Shown here in pieces: positions 47,264-57,158 of a stretch of 64,000 nt of DNA. Numbering within the stretch: the stretch's first letter is position 1; each line of letters begins with the position of its first letter. The DNA comes from a virus (Duplodnaviria; Caudoviricetes): the IMG/VR virus record IMGVR_UViG_3300012007_000001, positions 55,238-119,237 of that record. One strand, given 5' to 3'. The translations under genes and the position numbers were made by a program. The notes under the pieces are model-generated. The model saw nothing but the letters and a program-made list of their open reading frames with translations. It did no database searches and was not told where the DNA came from.

Positions 47264-48775
47264 CTAATAATCGTATGGGAGCACCAGTTCCCTGTATTTC
47301 CGTAATGCCCTGATGCTTTCGTAGTGGCCACGGATGTAGAAGTACCTGAACAGCCCTTCGCCCATAGAGTCGAGGATTTCCTTACGCTTTTCGTAGGTCT
47401 GCTTGCCCTTGCAGAATCCAAGATATGAGTTTATGACCTGTTCGATGCGCTTGCAGTCAAGGATGGTCAGTTCGTCCTTTGACTCTATAAGCCGCCTGAA
47501 ACCTATCGCCCGTTCCTCAAAACGAGCCAGCGTCCTGTTTGAAAGGTACAACCTGTTAGGCTTGATGTACGTGCCGACGAATGAAAGCCCGTGCGCGATT
47601 GGCTGCAAGTACCGCTTATCCTTGTGCATCTCCAGTTTCAGCTTATCACGAAGGAAAACCTCCATCTTCGGGATGGCACTAAGCAGGAAATCCAAGTCAT
47701 CGCACTGGTTATCCCAATCGTCAACGAAACGCTCGTATGAGAAATTCTGCCGTCTGAACAGGAAAAGCACGTACATGTCGAAGAATGACATCAGGAAGTT
47801 CGCAAACAGCTGCGTCGTAAGGTTGCCGATGGGCTCGCCCTTCTCGTCGCCGCAACCGAACAGCGACTTATTGGGCGCAAGACCTTCCCAAAGCGTAATC
47901 GGCGAGTTCAGCACGCAGTCGTTTTCAGGATGGTGCATGACGATGACCTCAACCGTGCGGATGAGAATATCCCAATACATTTCAGGCATATCGGAAAGCC
48001 CAAGGCGTGACAGGATTTCATAGTCAATCCTCTGCCAGCCCTCACGCTGCCAGCGTTTGCGCCAGCGGGTGATGAAGCGTTCCAAGAGATACCAAAGCAG
48101 CTTCTTGTCTATCGACATGAAGAATCCCGTCAAGTCGCCCTTGAACACCCAAGCGGGCTTAGTGAATCCGTCAGACACGCGCCTCATGCCGTCGGCGCAG
48201 TGGCGCACGCAGGCATCTGTTCCGAATCCCTTGCGGCAGTTGAATGACACGTTACCCTGTGATATGAAACGCTCCTCAAACAGCGGCTCCAGTCTGAGGC
48301 ATACCCAGTGATGCACGATGCGGTCACGGAAATTCGCCGCAAACACCTCGCGCAGCTTCGGGTATTTCACTAAAAAGCAAGTGGAAGTCGTTGGTCTGTA
48401 GATACCAGTCCACAACTCCCAAGCAAGACACGGCAAATCCGCATAGGCAATCTGCATGTATTCGACTGCCTGCGTAGAAGCCATCTTGCCACGCAAGCAA
48501 TCCTTGTAAGCATCCACCACGGAATCATAGAATGCACTGTATAAGCCCCCACATGCGGCCACAGGACGAACAACGTTACTGTTATACTTGTTGTTGTTGT
48601 TGACGTTACCATTGTTGAAATTCACGTTCCAAGCATTGTTGCTGTTGTTCTCAGTAACAGACCAGTAGTTGCTGTCTTTCTGCGGTTTTGCATCTTCGTA
48701 ACTGCGACGGGCTGTAAAGTCCATCACAGTAAACCGCCCATTTAGGGGATTATGTAACACTCTGCCAGTCATCAT
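47264..48775 (-). CDS. DGR reverse transcriptase (TR lies within its 5' coding region)
   Basis: PKLREVFAANFRDRIVHH, SFNCRKGFGT, KGDL.GFFMSID, PIGNLTTQLFAN, RFVDD, FVG. Confidence 0.95.
   Translation of the reverse strand: MMTGRVLHNPLNGRFTVMDFTARRSYEDAKPQKDSNYWSVTENNSNNAWNVNFNNGNVNNNNKYNSNVVRPVAACGGLYSAFYDSVVDAYKDCLRGKMASTQAVEYMQIAYADLPCLAWELWTGIYRPTTSTCFLVKYPKLREVFAANFRDRIVHHWVCLRLEPLFEERFISQGNVSFNCRKGFGTDACVRHCADGMRRVSDGFTKPAWVFKGDLTGFFMSIDKKLLWYLLERFITRWRKRWQREGWQRIDYEILSRLGLSDMPEMYWDILIRTVEVIVMHHPENDCVLNSPITLWEGLAPNKSLFGCGDEKGEPIGNLTTQLFANFLMSFFDMYVLFLFRRQNFSYERFVDDWDNQCDDLDFLLSAIPKMEVFLRDKLKLEMHKDKRYLQPIAHGLSFVGTYIKPNRLYLSNRTLARFEERAIGFRRLIESKDELTILDCKRIEQVINSYLGFCKGKQTYEKRKEILDSMGEGLFRYFYIRGHYESIRALRKYRELVLPYDY
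48553..48675 (-). repeat. DGR template repeat (TR), 123 bp
   Basis: 16 Asn (AAY) codons, 43 adenines; aligns without gaps to the VR with 14 mismatches, 13 at TR adenines. Confidence 0.97.
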
Positions 48776-49302
48776 TCTTTTCTTTCCGAATCGTCCGACG
48801 ATTTAGCACCCTCGTTCATAGTATAATCTCGCCACGCCACAAGCTGCGACCTTATACTCTTCACCAACGCTTTCACCTTGTTGTCAAGGTCTTTTCCGAC
48901 CAAAGGCAGACGGTGAGACTTGTCAGCATCACATTCCTCTTCTGTCTTTTTCTTCGATGGCATTTCAATTCGGCGAAGCGTCGTGAAATCATCACTCAAA
49001 TCCTGCACCAGCACACAGGCGCAATCCAAATACCAAGCCCTTTCGTCGGGTGTCCGCGAAATACTGGCCATGCCAATAGACTTCTTGACTTCCGACGCAG
49101 TACCCAGCATTTGGTCAAAGAACTTCGTGAGGCTCCTCGGACTTTTCGCCATCAAGGTTGTCACGATGTACTTCAAATTGGCCGATGCCCTGTAAACAGG
49201 CAGTTGAGCCAGTGTTTTCTTGTTCTTACTCTTCTTGGTGTTGCTATCTTCCACCGTCAACTGTGGTATGACAACGCCTGTCGGATGAACCGTCTCTTGC
49301 AT
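48772..49302 (-). CDS. avd: Avd-like accessory variability determinant (four-helix bundle)
   Basis: LPVYR...L....P; ..R..YL; IRSQLVAWR; between target and RT with ATGA overlap. Confidence 0.8.
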   Translation of the reverse strand: MQETVHPTGVVIPQLTVEDSNTKKSKNKKTLAQLPVYRASANLKYIVTTLMAKSPRSLTKFFDQMLGTASEVKKSIGMASISRTPDERAWYLDCACVLVQDLSDDFTTLRRIEMPSKKKTEEECDADKSHRLPLVGKDLDNKVKALVKSIRSQLVAWRDYTMNEGAKSSDDSERKE

Positions 49303-49355
49303 CTTGCTTTATCTTTCTTTTCTGTTTTCAAATATTCTTTTTTGTTCCGAAGAGT

Positions 49356-49382
49356 GGCGGGGCTGTTGGAACAGCCCTCGCC
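49356..49382 (-). promoter_or_regulatory. DGR hairpin/cruciform downstream of the VR
   Basis: GGCG-A-GGGCTGT-TCCA-ACAGCCC-CGCC, 5 bp after the target stop codon. Confidence 0.75.
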
Positions 49383-49387
49383 GAATG

Positions 49388-52300
49388 TTAAATGTCATAA
49401 ATAAATGCGGCCACAGGACGAACAACGTAACTGTTAGCCTTGTTGTAGTTGCCGACGTAACCATTGCTGAAAAGCACGGTCCAAGCATGGTTGCTGCTGT
49501 ACTCAGTAACAGACCAGTAGTTGCTGTTAGTGGGAATGTTAAAAGGTGTTGTCGTGACCCCCGCATCTGCAACTCTTTTTAAGATATTCGCAAATAACGG
49601 CAGCAACGCCTCGCTGTCGGGATTCTCGTTGGCGTTTTCAGCCGTACACCTTCCACCTGCTTCATACGTCTGATGGCCGCAACTGTTATAGAAGAAATTG
49701 TAAATCCTTGCCAGTAGTCCGCATGTCGGCAGCAGCCACTTATTGCGCTTATACTGGTCATTCAGCGTTCCTTCAACCGTCGGCTCATACACATGGCAGG
49801 CGAATGCTGCTGGGTAGAATAGCTGCCTATAGCGCGTCGGTACTGAAACGCCTTGCGCTGTCATCGCCGCAACAAGTGCCTGCATTGCATTCGCAAGTTC
49901 CGTCGGTGTGGTCGGATAAGACTCGCCGAGATAGCCGTTGATGATGGATTTTGCATGGTTGATGACGATTTCATTCTTTGATTCCACGTCGAAGTCCGAG
50001 CAGCTTCGGTTCTGCACCAACACGGCATAGCCGTCATCTTGTGCCGCGTCATGGAATGAAGCGTCATTGATGTATCGGTAGTCAGTGTTCGCAGCATCCG
50101 TCGGGCTTGTAATACCCGATGACGTAAGGTTTGCCATTGCGGTGTCAACTGCATTGGAAAGACCTGCGGCTGTGGCAATCTCGTTATACACCGATGACGG
50201 GAATCCGTTCTGTGCCGCTTCTTCGGGATAGATACCCCAAACGTGTGAGCCAGTGTTGTAGGTCGAATCGTCAGACTTGCAGACGGCATTCTCCTTGGCA
50301 TAGACCCACAACTTCCGCTGTGAAGCAGAAATCTCGTCAACCTTCACGATAGCACCAACAAGTTCCTTCGACTGGTCGAACTCATCATCAAACGCACCGT
50401 CTGCATAGGCGAAATCACCAATCTTAGGGAGTCGCTTATGGAATCCAACCTTCTTGTTATATGTCATCACCGTGCCATCAAGCAGCGTGACTGTCATCCT
50501 AAGAGTGAATGTCCTGTACTCATTGTTAGGGTAGGTGTTCGTGACGTTCACTGTACCTTTGACGGCATCTGTAATTGTCGCATAGGCGGCTGCACCAGCC
50601 TCGACGAAAGCAAACGTAATGGCCTCATGGCCGCTTACGACGGCAACATTGTTACCCACGTCGTTAGTCGATGCTGCGCTCCAGTCGTTATGCGTTCCAA
50701 GCGTATAGAGGTACTTCTCGCCCCTAATCATCACGCCGTTCACGTCACGCTTCTGATAGTCGATATACAGTCTGTCATTCGGTATTCCGCTCGGTACGGT
50801 CTGAATGTCGCCGAACTTCCTGATAAGCTGGATGACCTCGGAGAATGAAAGCCATCTGTCATTGGCCGCACGCAGCATGACAACCTTTCCGTACATGTTG
50901 CACGTCGTAGCACCTGCCAGCCACATCAGCACGTCGGCCTTGGTGTCAGACCAGTTGACGTGTCGGAGGTTGAGCAGCGTCAGCCTTGCAGGTGTAGCAC
51001 CGCCAGCGGAACGCTCATCGTAGATGTCCCTGAGTATCTGCTGCACGTTCAGGCTTGGACTGTTGGTGACGGTCAGTGAATCCAGCTGTGAGCCGCTCTC
51101 GATGGAAAGCGTGGCAAGGCTGGGCTGGGCTGTCAGCGACAAAGCCGTGATAGCGGATGGCAGTCTGAGGATTGTCAGTGATGCCGTCTGCGGAACATTC
51201 ACAGCACCGATGCTGGTCTGTCTGAGGTCAACCTCTTCGCACAGCGTCAAGGCCGATATGTTCAGCGGTGCGCGTTCAGTGGCCGACAGCGTAGAACATC
51301 CCTTCAACGACAGCTTTCTGAGGCGCGTACCCGTTGCGATACGGAATGAAGCGGGTCTGAAAGCAGGCTCATATCCATCCGTAGGCACGCTGACAGGCAC
51401 GGCAGAAGGATTATTCGCCAGTGTCGCGGGTGTCGGGTAGTACGTCGTAGGCTCTGCGATAAGTTCCGTCAGGCGACGGCCATCAAGGTTGAATGCGATG
51501 TTCGGGTCGCATGACATATCACCGATATTGCCGACAGAACGGTAGTAGTTCAGTCCGAACAGCGAAACGCCGTTATCGGAAATCACCACCGACGGCACGG
51601 TGTACTCCAGTACCTCGTTAGGTGCGACGCGGGTATATGTCGGCTTGGAGTCCGTTTGGAAGCCGAAGCATGGATAGATATACTGGTGCGGCTTCACATG
51701 GAATGTGTACGTCGGCGTTGTCACACCATCGGGCAATGCCTTGGCGTTGAATGCCATAGAAGCACCAGCATCCGCAAGTCCAGTCAATCCGTTACGGGCA
51801 TGTGACTGTGCAGGAAGGAACTCACCGAAAACGGCGTATGATGCCATATAGACAAGTCGGCGGTTCATAAACTGCAACTCAGATTCCAGCTGGTCGCCCA
51901 TTGACTGCGTAAGCGGGTCGATGGTGTCACGTCCCAAGAAGCCCAGCATGGCGGGGAACTCATAGCGGATTCGCGCCGCCTCGTTGAATGCCACCTGCGG
52001 GAAATAACGCTGGATGTCGAAGATGTAGCGGTTCAGTGCCTTCCATACACCGCTCATCGTGTCTGACTCTGCCGAGCCGATACCGCCAGTAAGCGCAGCC
52101 ATCAGTGACAGGATGCTGTTCAAAGCCTGTGAAAGTTCATGCGTACCTTCCCACATTTCCTCGCAGAGATTGAACAACGTGTTCTGCCTACCTTCATAGC
52201 AGCAGTCGGTATGGCCTGTGTCTTTGTCATCCCACGGGTGCATACGGTCAACGTAGTACGGCTTGGACTGGAAGCCGTTGTTGTCGGTTGCCAGCGTCGT

Positions 52301-55300
52301 GTCAACGTCATCCTGATGCAGTTCTATAAGTTTCGTCACGGGGTCGATGACATAGTAGGTGTTCTTTGAGCAGTTGTCAGTACCAGCGATGAAATGGTTC
52401 TCAAAGCAGTAGTGGAACTTCAATGATGACACCTTGAAATACGTGCCGATGTTCTGCCTTGCATCCTCTACCACGCATTCGATGAACTTCTGATTCACGG
52501 CTTCGTGGTTGGCTTTCTGCGCGTCTGTCATCGAACTCCAGTTCATGCCCGTGTAGTCGCGGATGTCAACAGAATCGTAGGCGTAGCCGTTCCAAAGGCC
52601 AGCATCCACCCATGCCCTGTCATAGAAATCCCAGCGTTTCAGCTTATAGTCGTTGGAGTCCGTGCCAGCGTTTGAGCGACACCACCACTTCTCTTTCTTC
52701 TGAAAGTCGGTGAGATTCTCCTGCTGAAGCTGTGCGAACGTTCCACGGTACAGGTTGATTCGCGGGTTGTGCATATACAGGAAATTCCAAGCGGCCTTAT
52801 AGATGTTGGTAAGCCTTGACTTCGGATATTCCAGCACGTCGCCGCCTGACTCCACCTCATCGACTGCGCCGCCGTCGAAGCCAACGCATTTCTCTGCCGA
52901 CACCTGAACCGTCTGCCCTGTCACCTGTCCTGTCTGTTCGTCAACGACATCGACAACGGAAGTCTTGCGGTACATCCACGCCTCAGATGCGGGGTCATAA
53001 AATACCTTTGCCTCCTGATTGCCATGAGCGACATCATCCCACGGTGCAACCATATCGCCGAGAATAGTGTTGTTGTTCGCACCTTCTGCCATAGCGAAAT
53101 AGTCATGGCCGTTGGGTCTGTAGTGGGCATCGCCTACAGTCGTAATCTTGGAAGCCTTCTTGCTGTAGCCCCATGTGGGTTTATCCATCTTTCCAGGGCC
53201 GAATGCGCCTGGCCCGCGATAGACAGCGGAAGCAGGGTCTTCGTTATCCCTGTCAGCAGTGAAGAACATGACGGGCTCGGTGTGCTTTGCGACCAATGCC
53301 GTAGGCGTGTCGCGCTGCAAGGAGTTCTGACCGCAGAAGCGGGTGTGCAACTCATGATAGAGCCAGTTGATGCCGATAAGGTGCGACTGCATGGAAGAGG
53401 CGTAGTTGATTTTCAGCACAAGTTTCTGTGCAAGCGGCTGGTTGGGCGAAATCATGTAGCCACGTCCACGGTACTTGCCGTTTCCGTCAACCCATCCGTC
53501 GGGTACGGTCACATAGCCATCGGCATACGGATAATCCTTAGTTCCGTTTCCTACGGGGAAGTCGGAGCCGAGGTTGCCGCCATAGATGCTGACCACCATA
53601 TTGCCCTCACCGTCATCATGCGGCTGACCGACATGAATTGACGAATGGAAGTCCGCAACGGCCACTTGGATAGTATCTTCAACGTCGCCTATCTTGAATT
53701 GCAGGTTACTGTAATAATATGTGTTGGCCGTCGTACCCTGACGCTTCGGTTTCAGCGACTTTGTTTCCTTGCAGATTGTTCCCGAACATTCGGGCTGGTA
53801 TGTGCCATCGTAGCCGAAGCACTTCATCTCAATCCATCCCTTCGAGCCGCTGGTTTCCTTGATGTAGGGCTCCACGCCGTGCCATACCATCGTGCGCAAG
53901 CCGTTTGCCTGACATGCCTCCAGTGATACAAGGCCGTTGGTCTTGGTAATGGCGTTGGCCTGCTTCACGCGGATTTTCTCCTCGCTGGCCGGAAGCGTTG
54001 AGATGTAGTTCTGAACAGCGGCCTTTGGGTCGATGGCCTGTGCCGAGTTATCCCAAATGCGGATGCCGTAGATGTCGATGTCCGCACCTGACTGGCCAAT
54101 CTTGATGCCGCCGTTAGACATGGCAGCGGTACAGAACTCACGCGCACCTGACTCCGTGCTGAATCGCAGTTCACGGCAAATGACACCATTGATTAGCACA
54201 CGCACAAGGTTCAGCGTTCCCCTTGCACGGCTTTGGTCGGCTGCAATGGCCAAACCGTCGCCGTAGGTGTTAGGCGCGACGTTAGGCACGATGTTGATGC
54301 TGATGTGCGTGCGCCTGTCCTCACTCCAGCGGAAATCCGTTTCGGTCTCTACACCTTCTGAAAGTGCCGATGCCATAGTTCCTACCATCGGGCGCATACG
54401 AAGCCCAAGGTAAGTGCCACGGCCTGCGTCAAGCACCTCGCAAAGCTGGATGATTGGGTCATCCTCGTTTACGACGTTACGGACACAGAAATCTATGTCA
54501 ATGGTCATCGTTGAGTCGGGCGACGCAAGGAACTGCGCAAACGGGTTGTACTGGATGTTAAGCAGACAGCCAGCGGGGATGCGGAGCACCTTGTTGCCGT
54601 CATCATCGACAGTCCATCCGTCCGTTCCGTCCATCTTGAATCCGTCGCTCCATGTGCTTGCCACCAGTGCGTTGTTGTTGCGGGCGTTAAGGATGCGCTT
54701 CGGGTTGGCCTCCGAGTTGTTGCGGGTCTTCGGGTTCAGCAGGAACACCGAGCCTGCCGTCGGCTGGAAGCCGCCAGTATTATCCACCTTGACATACATA
54801 TAGCCTGTGCCGTAGCTGTCTGCCAAGAAGTCAACAAGCGTACCGTTGTCGTTGCGCACGGCATGTAGGAACGTGTCGAAGTCATCAGCGACGGCCTCGC
54901 CTGCGTTCTGCTCGATTTCAAGCGTGGCGTTCAGGTCATACTGCTGTCCTGCCTGTGCCGTGACCTCCTGATTGAAGTATTCCGTCTGTGTCGTTGTCAG
55001 GATGTTGTCGCTTCGGTCTGTCATCAGCAATGAGAACGTCACGGGGTCGCCTTGGTTTGTATATACGCCCTCGATAAGTTTAGGCGAATAGACTGCGTAC
55101 TGACATACGCGGCCTGACACGAAGTTGTCAATGGAAGAGGCGATGCTCTGAATCAGCAGGCGGGGCTGCATCAAGGTCGCTGGCTGGTTGGTGTTGACCA
55201 TCATCAGCTGGTGCTCGATGACATCCGACGTGATTGTGCCGTCGTTTCCGTCCGCTGCCGTGAGCCACGCCCTTACGGTATGAACGCCAGTGCGGAGTAT

Positions 55301-56155
55301 GCCCTTCGTTCCTGCGCCGTCCTGACACTGCACGGTGATGGAGCCCTGCTGTGCTGCTGAATAGTCTATCGTATCGTTATGGCCTGTATATCCGTCAACA
55401 CCCGACACCTGTATATGCAGGGTCTTTGCCACGTTGCCCTCAATCATAAAGTTCAAGGGGAGCGATGTAAGCTGGCTGGCCTGTACTGGCTGCGCCCAAT
55501 TCGTCTGTAGGGTTACGGCCAAAGAAACGGAAGCGATTTTCAGGATGACGTTGCCGCTGGCTACTGTTGCATCTTCACCGCTGGAGTCTGTATATCCGAA
55601 CGTAGCCCTCAAGCGGATTTGGTTCTGACGGCCTGTAAGAAGGTACTGGCCGACGTTCACGGTTGTAGGATAGTCAACGGCTGACGGGTCGGAACTGACT
55701 ATAGGCTGCGATGCTACCCTCGTCCAGCTTGAGCCGTCGGTGCTTCTTTCGATGATAAGCGTACCGTTTCCGCTCATGGCCTCCTGTTCTGATGTCGCGG
55801 CGATGATGTGCAAGGCCGAGAACCTCAGACTGGCACTGAACGGGTCGCCGTCCTTTACCGCATAGTTCCTTGACGTGTCACGGTCGCAGTACAGACGCGC
55901 AACATAGGAGTCTGTCTGTGACGTAGAGATTGGTAGCTGCTGCTCGTCGAGCAACAGTTCCGCGTTTCCTACAGGGTCGCTGATGTAAGCGGCCTTGTCT
56001 GCCGCAGACGCGAATATTTGGATGTTGTAGAACGTGCCGTCCTGCACCCATCTCACCGCGCCTGCCTTTTGGCCGAGAATCTTCTTCAAGAATGCTTCGA
56101 CTTCAATGCCTTCGTGGTTTTCCCACGCTTCCTGCAAATTGATAATATCTGCCAT
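49388..56155 (-). CDS. DGR target protein, 2255 aa: CotH-kinase-like region, LRR-like region, C-terminal C-type lectin-like VR domain
   Basis: RQGTT, DNCSKNTYY, DDVDTTLATDN.G; LxxLxL repeats; YWS.TE....AW...VRPV. Confidence 0.9.
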   Translation of the reverse strand: MADIINLQEAWENHEGIEVEAFLKKILGQKAGAVRWVQDGTFYNIQIFASAADKAAYISDPVGNAELLLDEQQLPISTSQTDSYVARLYCDRDTSRNYAVKDGDPFSASLRFSALHIIAATSEQEAMSGNGTLIIERSTDGSSWTRVASQPIVSSDPSAVDYPTTVNVGQYLLTGRQNQIRLRATFGYTDSSGEDATVASGNVILKIASVSLAVTLQTNWAQPVQASQLTSLPLNFMIEGNVAKTLHIQVSGVDGYTGHNDTIDYSAAQQGSITVQCQDGAGTKGILRTGVHTVRAWLTAADGNDGTITSDVIEHQLMMVNTNQPATLMQPRLLIQSIASSIDNFVSGRVCQYAVYSPKLIEGVYTNQGDPVTFSLLMTDRSDNILTTTQTEYFNQEVTAQAGQQYDLNATLEIEQNAGEAVADDFDTFLHAVRNDNGTLVDFLADSYGTGYMYVKVDNTGGFQPTAGSVFLLNPKTRNNSEANPKRILNARNNNALVASTWSDGFKMDGTDGWTVDDDGNKVLRIPAGCLLNIQYNPFAQFLASPDSTMTIDIDFCVRNVVNEDDPIIQLCEVLDAGRGTYLGLRMRPMVGTMASALSEGVETETDFRWSEDRRTHISINIVPNVAPNTYGDGLAIAADQSRARGTLNLVRVLINGVICRELRFSTESGAREFCTAAMSNGGIKIGQSGADIDIYGIRIWDNSAQAIDPKAAVQNYISTLPASEEKIRVKQANAITKTNGLVSLEACQANGLRTMVWHGVEPYIKETSGSKGWIEMKCFGYDGTYQPECSGTICKETKSLKPKRQGTTANTYYYSNLQFKIGDVEDTIQVAVADFHSSIHVGQPHDDGEGNMVVSIYGGNLGSDFPVGNGTKDYPYADGYVTVPDGWVDGNGKYRGRGYMISPNQPLAQKLVLKINYASSMQSHLIGINWLYHELHTRFCGQNSLQRDTPTALVAKHTEPVMFFTADRDNEDPASAVYRGPGAFGPGKMDKPTWGYSKKASKITTVGDAHYRPNGHDYFAMAEGANNNTILGDMVAPWDDVAHGNQEAKVFYDPASEAWMYRKTSVVDVVDEQTGQVTGQTVQVSAEKCVGFDGGAVDEVESGGDVLEYPKSRLTNIYKAAWNFLYMHNPRINLYRGTFAQLQQENLTDFQKKEKWWCRSNAGTDSNDYKLKRWDFYDRAWVDAGLWNGYAYDSVDIRDYTGMNWSSMTDAQKANHEAVNQKFIECVVEDARQNIGTYFKVSSLKFHYCFENHFIAGTDNCSKNTYYVIDPVTKLIELHQDDVDTTLATDNNGFQSKPYYVDRMHPWDDKDTGHTDCCYEGRQNTLFNLCEEMWEGTHELSQALNSILSLMAALTGGIGSAESDTMSGVWKALNRYIFDIQRYFPQVAFNEAARIRYEFPAMLGFLGRDTIDPLTQSMGDQLESELQFMNRRLVYMASYAVFGEFLPAQSHARNGLTGLADAGASMAFNAKALPDGVTTPTYTFHVKPHQYIYPCFGFQTDSKPTYTRVAPNEVLEYTVPSVVISDNGVSLFGLNYYRSVGNIGDMSCDPNIAFNLDGRRLTELIAEPTTYYPTPATLANNPSAVPVSVPTDGYEPAFRPASFRIATGTRLRKLSLKGCSTLSATERAPLNISALTLCEEVDLRQTSIGAVNVPQTASLTILRLPSAITALSLTAQPSLATLSIESGSQLDSLTVTNSPSLNVQQILRDIYDERSAGGATPARLTLLNLRHVNWSDTKADVLMWLAGATTCNMYGKVVMLRAANDRWLSFSEVIQLIRKFGDIQTVPSGIPNDRLYIDYQKRDVNGVMIRGEKYLYTLGTHNDWSAASTNDVGNNVAVVSGHEAITFAFVEAGAAAYATITDAVKGTVNVTNTYPNNEYRTFTLRMTVTLLDGTVMTYNKKVGFHKRLPKIGDFAYADGAFDDEFDQSKELVGAIVKVDEISASQRKLWVYAKENAVCKSDDSTYNTGSHVWGIYPEEAAQNGFPSSVYNEIATAAGLSNAVDTAMANLTSSGITSPTDAANTDYRYINDASFHDAAQDDGYAVLVQNRSCSDFDVESKNEIVINHAKSIINGYLGESYPTTPTELANAMQALVAAMTAQGVSVPTRYRQLFYPAAFACHVYEPTVEGTLNDQYKRNKWLLPTCGLLARIYNFFYNSCGHQTYEAGGRCTAENANENPDSEALLPLFANILKRVADAGVTTTPFNIPTNSNYWSVTEYSSNHAWTVLFSNGYVGNYNKANSYVVRPVAAFIYDI
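49405..49527 (-). repeat. DGR variable repeat (VR)
   Basis: Encodes SNYWSVTEYSSNHAWTVLFSNGYVGNYNKANSYVVRPVAA at the target C-terminus. Confidence 0.97.
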
Positions 56156-56578
56156 TGCTAATCTTTATAAATAAGTACATAAATAAGTTTCCCCTTTGAT
56201 TCACTGAACACGATGCTGATGACGTTGTGCTTCTCGCAGAAAGCATCCAAGGTGTCGTTTCCTTCCTGTTCAATATCATCCAATTTGAAAACGAAGGTAT
56301 GCTGTCGCAAACCACCGCGCACAGACCGCTTCGCGGCCTCACTGACATCCTTATGTAATCCCATAGTCGAAAATTCTTATAGTTACTATTTCCTGTTCTT
56401 CCACTTCTCAGCACCGAGCCAAGGCTTTGTAGGCACCCATATTCCGCTGCCGAAACAGCTTCTTACGGCCTGCCATACCAATCTGCCCTGATGATAGATG
56501 GCCGCAACTGCCTTTCCCAAGATGTAGATTCCAACAGCCTCCTTGTTGTTCCTGTATATCATGCCGTGCCTCCCTTCT

Positions 56579-56881
56579 TTAATCCTCAAACACGAAAGTA
56601 AGCGCGTTCAGGTTCACCCTGTCCTCGTTGACCAGCACCTCATATTCCGATTGGGTGTAGAACTCATGCGGGATGTGTTCATTGACCAGTGTGTTCAGGG
56701 CGTTTCCCTGCCTTGATTGCGTCTGCTGCATGTTGCTTATCGTATTTCCGATATTGGTAATCTGCTGTGCATTCGCGCCTATCCTGCTGTCGTTGTCGTT
56801 GACGGCATCGACCACTGCGTTAAATTCATTGGCCGTCAGCTTGTCACCGCTGCGCTTGGCCGCAATATTGATTCTTGACAT
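56579..56881 (-). CDS. Small tail-associated hypothetical protein
   Basis: K.SGDKLTANEFN..V.AVN plus coiled coil. Confidence 0.7.
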   Translation of the reverse strand: MSRINIAAKRSGDKLTANEFNAVVDAVNDNDSRIGANAQQITNIGNTISNMQQTQSRQGNALNTLVNEHIPHEFYTQSEYEVLVNEDRVNLNALTFVFED

Positions 56882-56882
56882 A

Positions 56883-57158
56883 TCACGTTAAAGTTAAAAT
56901 ATCCTCGTCAAACTCAAAATCCAGCACGTATGGGAATCCCCAGCCCCTCGCAAGGGCGAACGGAAACGTATAGGTGAATCCCAAATTGTCGATTTCTTGG
57001 TCTGTGTACTGACTGCCCTTGATGGCGTTAAGGATAAGAGGAAGTTCATTCGTCGCAAGGTGCGGCTTGTCACTGCTCATCATGCGGATAGTGACCTGTG
57101 AAACGCCGTTTGCGTGGATTTCCCTGTTCTCTACTATGAACCCTATCTTATCTGCCAT
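56883..57158 (-). CDS. Hypothetical protein
   Basis: GFTYTFPF / GFPYVLDF repeats. Confidence 0.65.
   Translation of the reverse strand: MADKIGFIVENREIHANGVSQVTIRMMSSDKPHLATNELPLILNAIKGSQYTDQEIDNLGFTYTFPFALARGWGFPYVLDFEFDEDILTLT

Noticed and set aside
49304-49582. Short ORFs overlapping the VR in other frames
   Set aside because: They are shadows of the target C-terminus and hairpin, with no independent start signals
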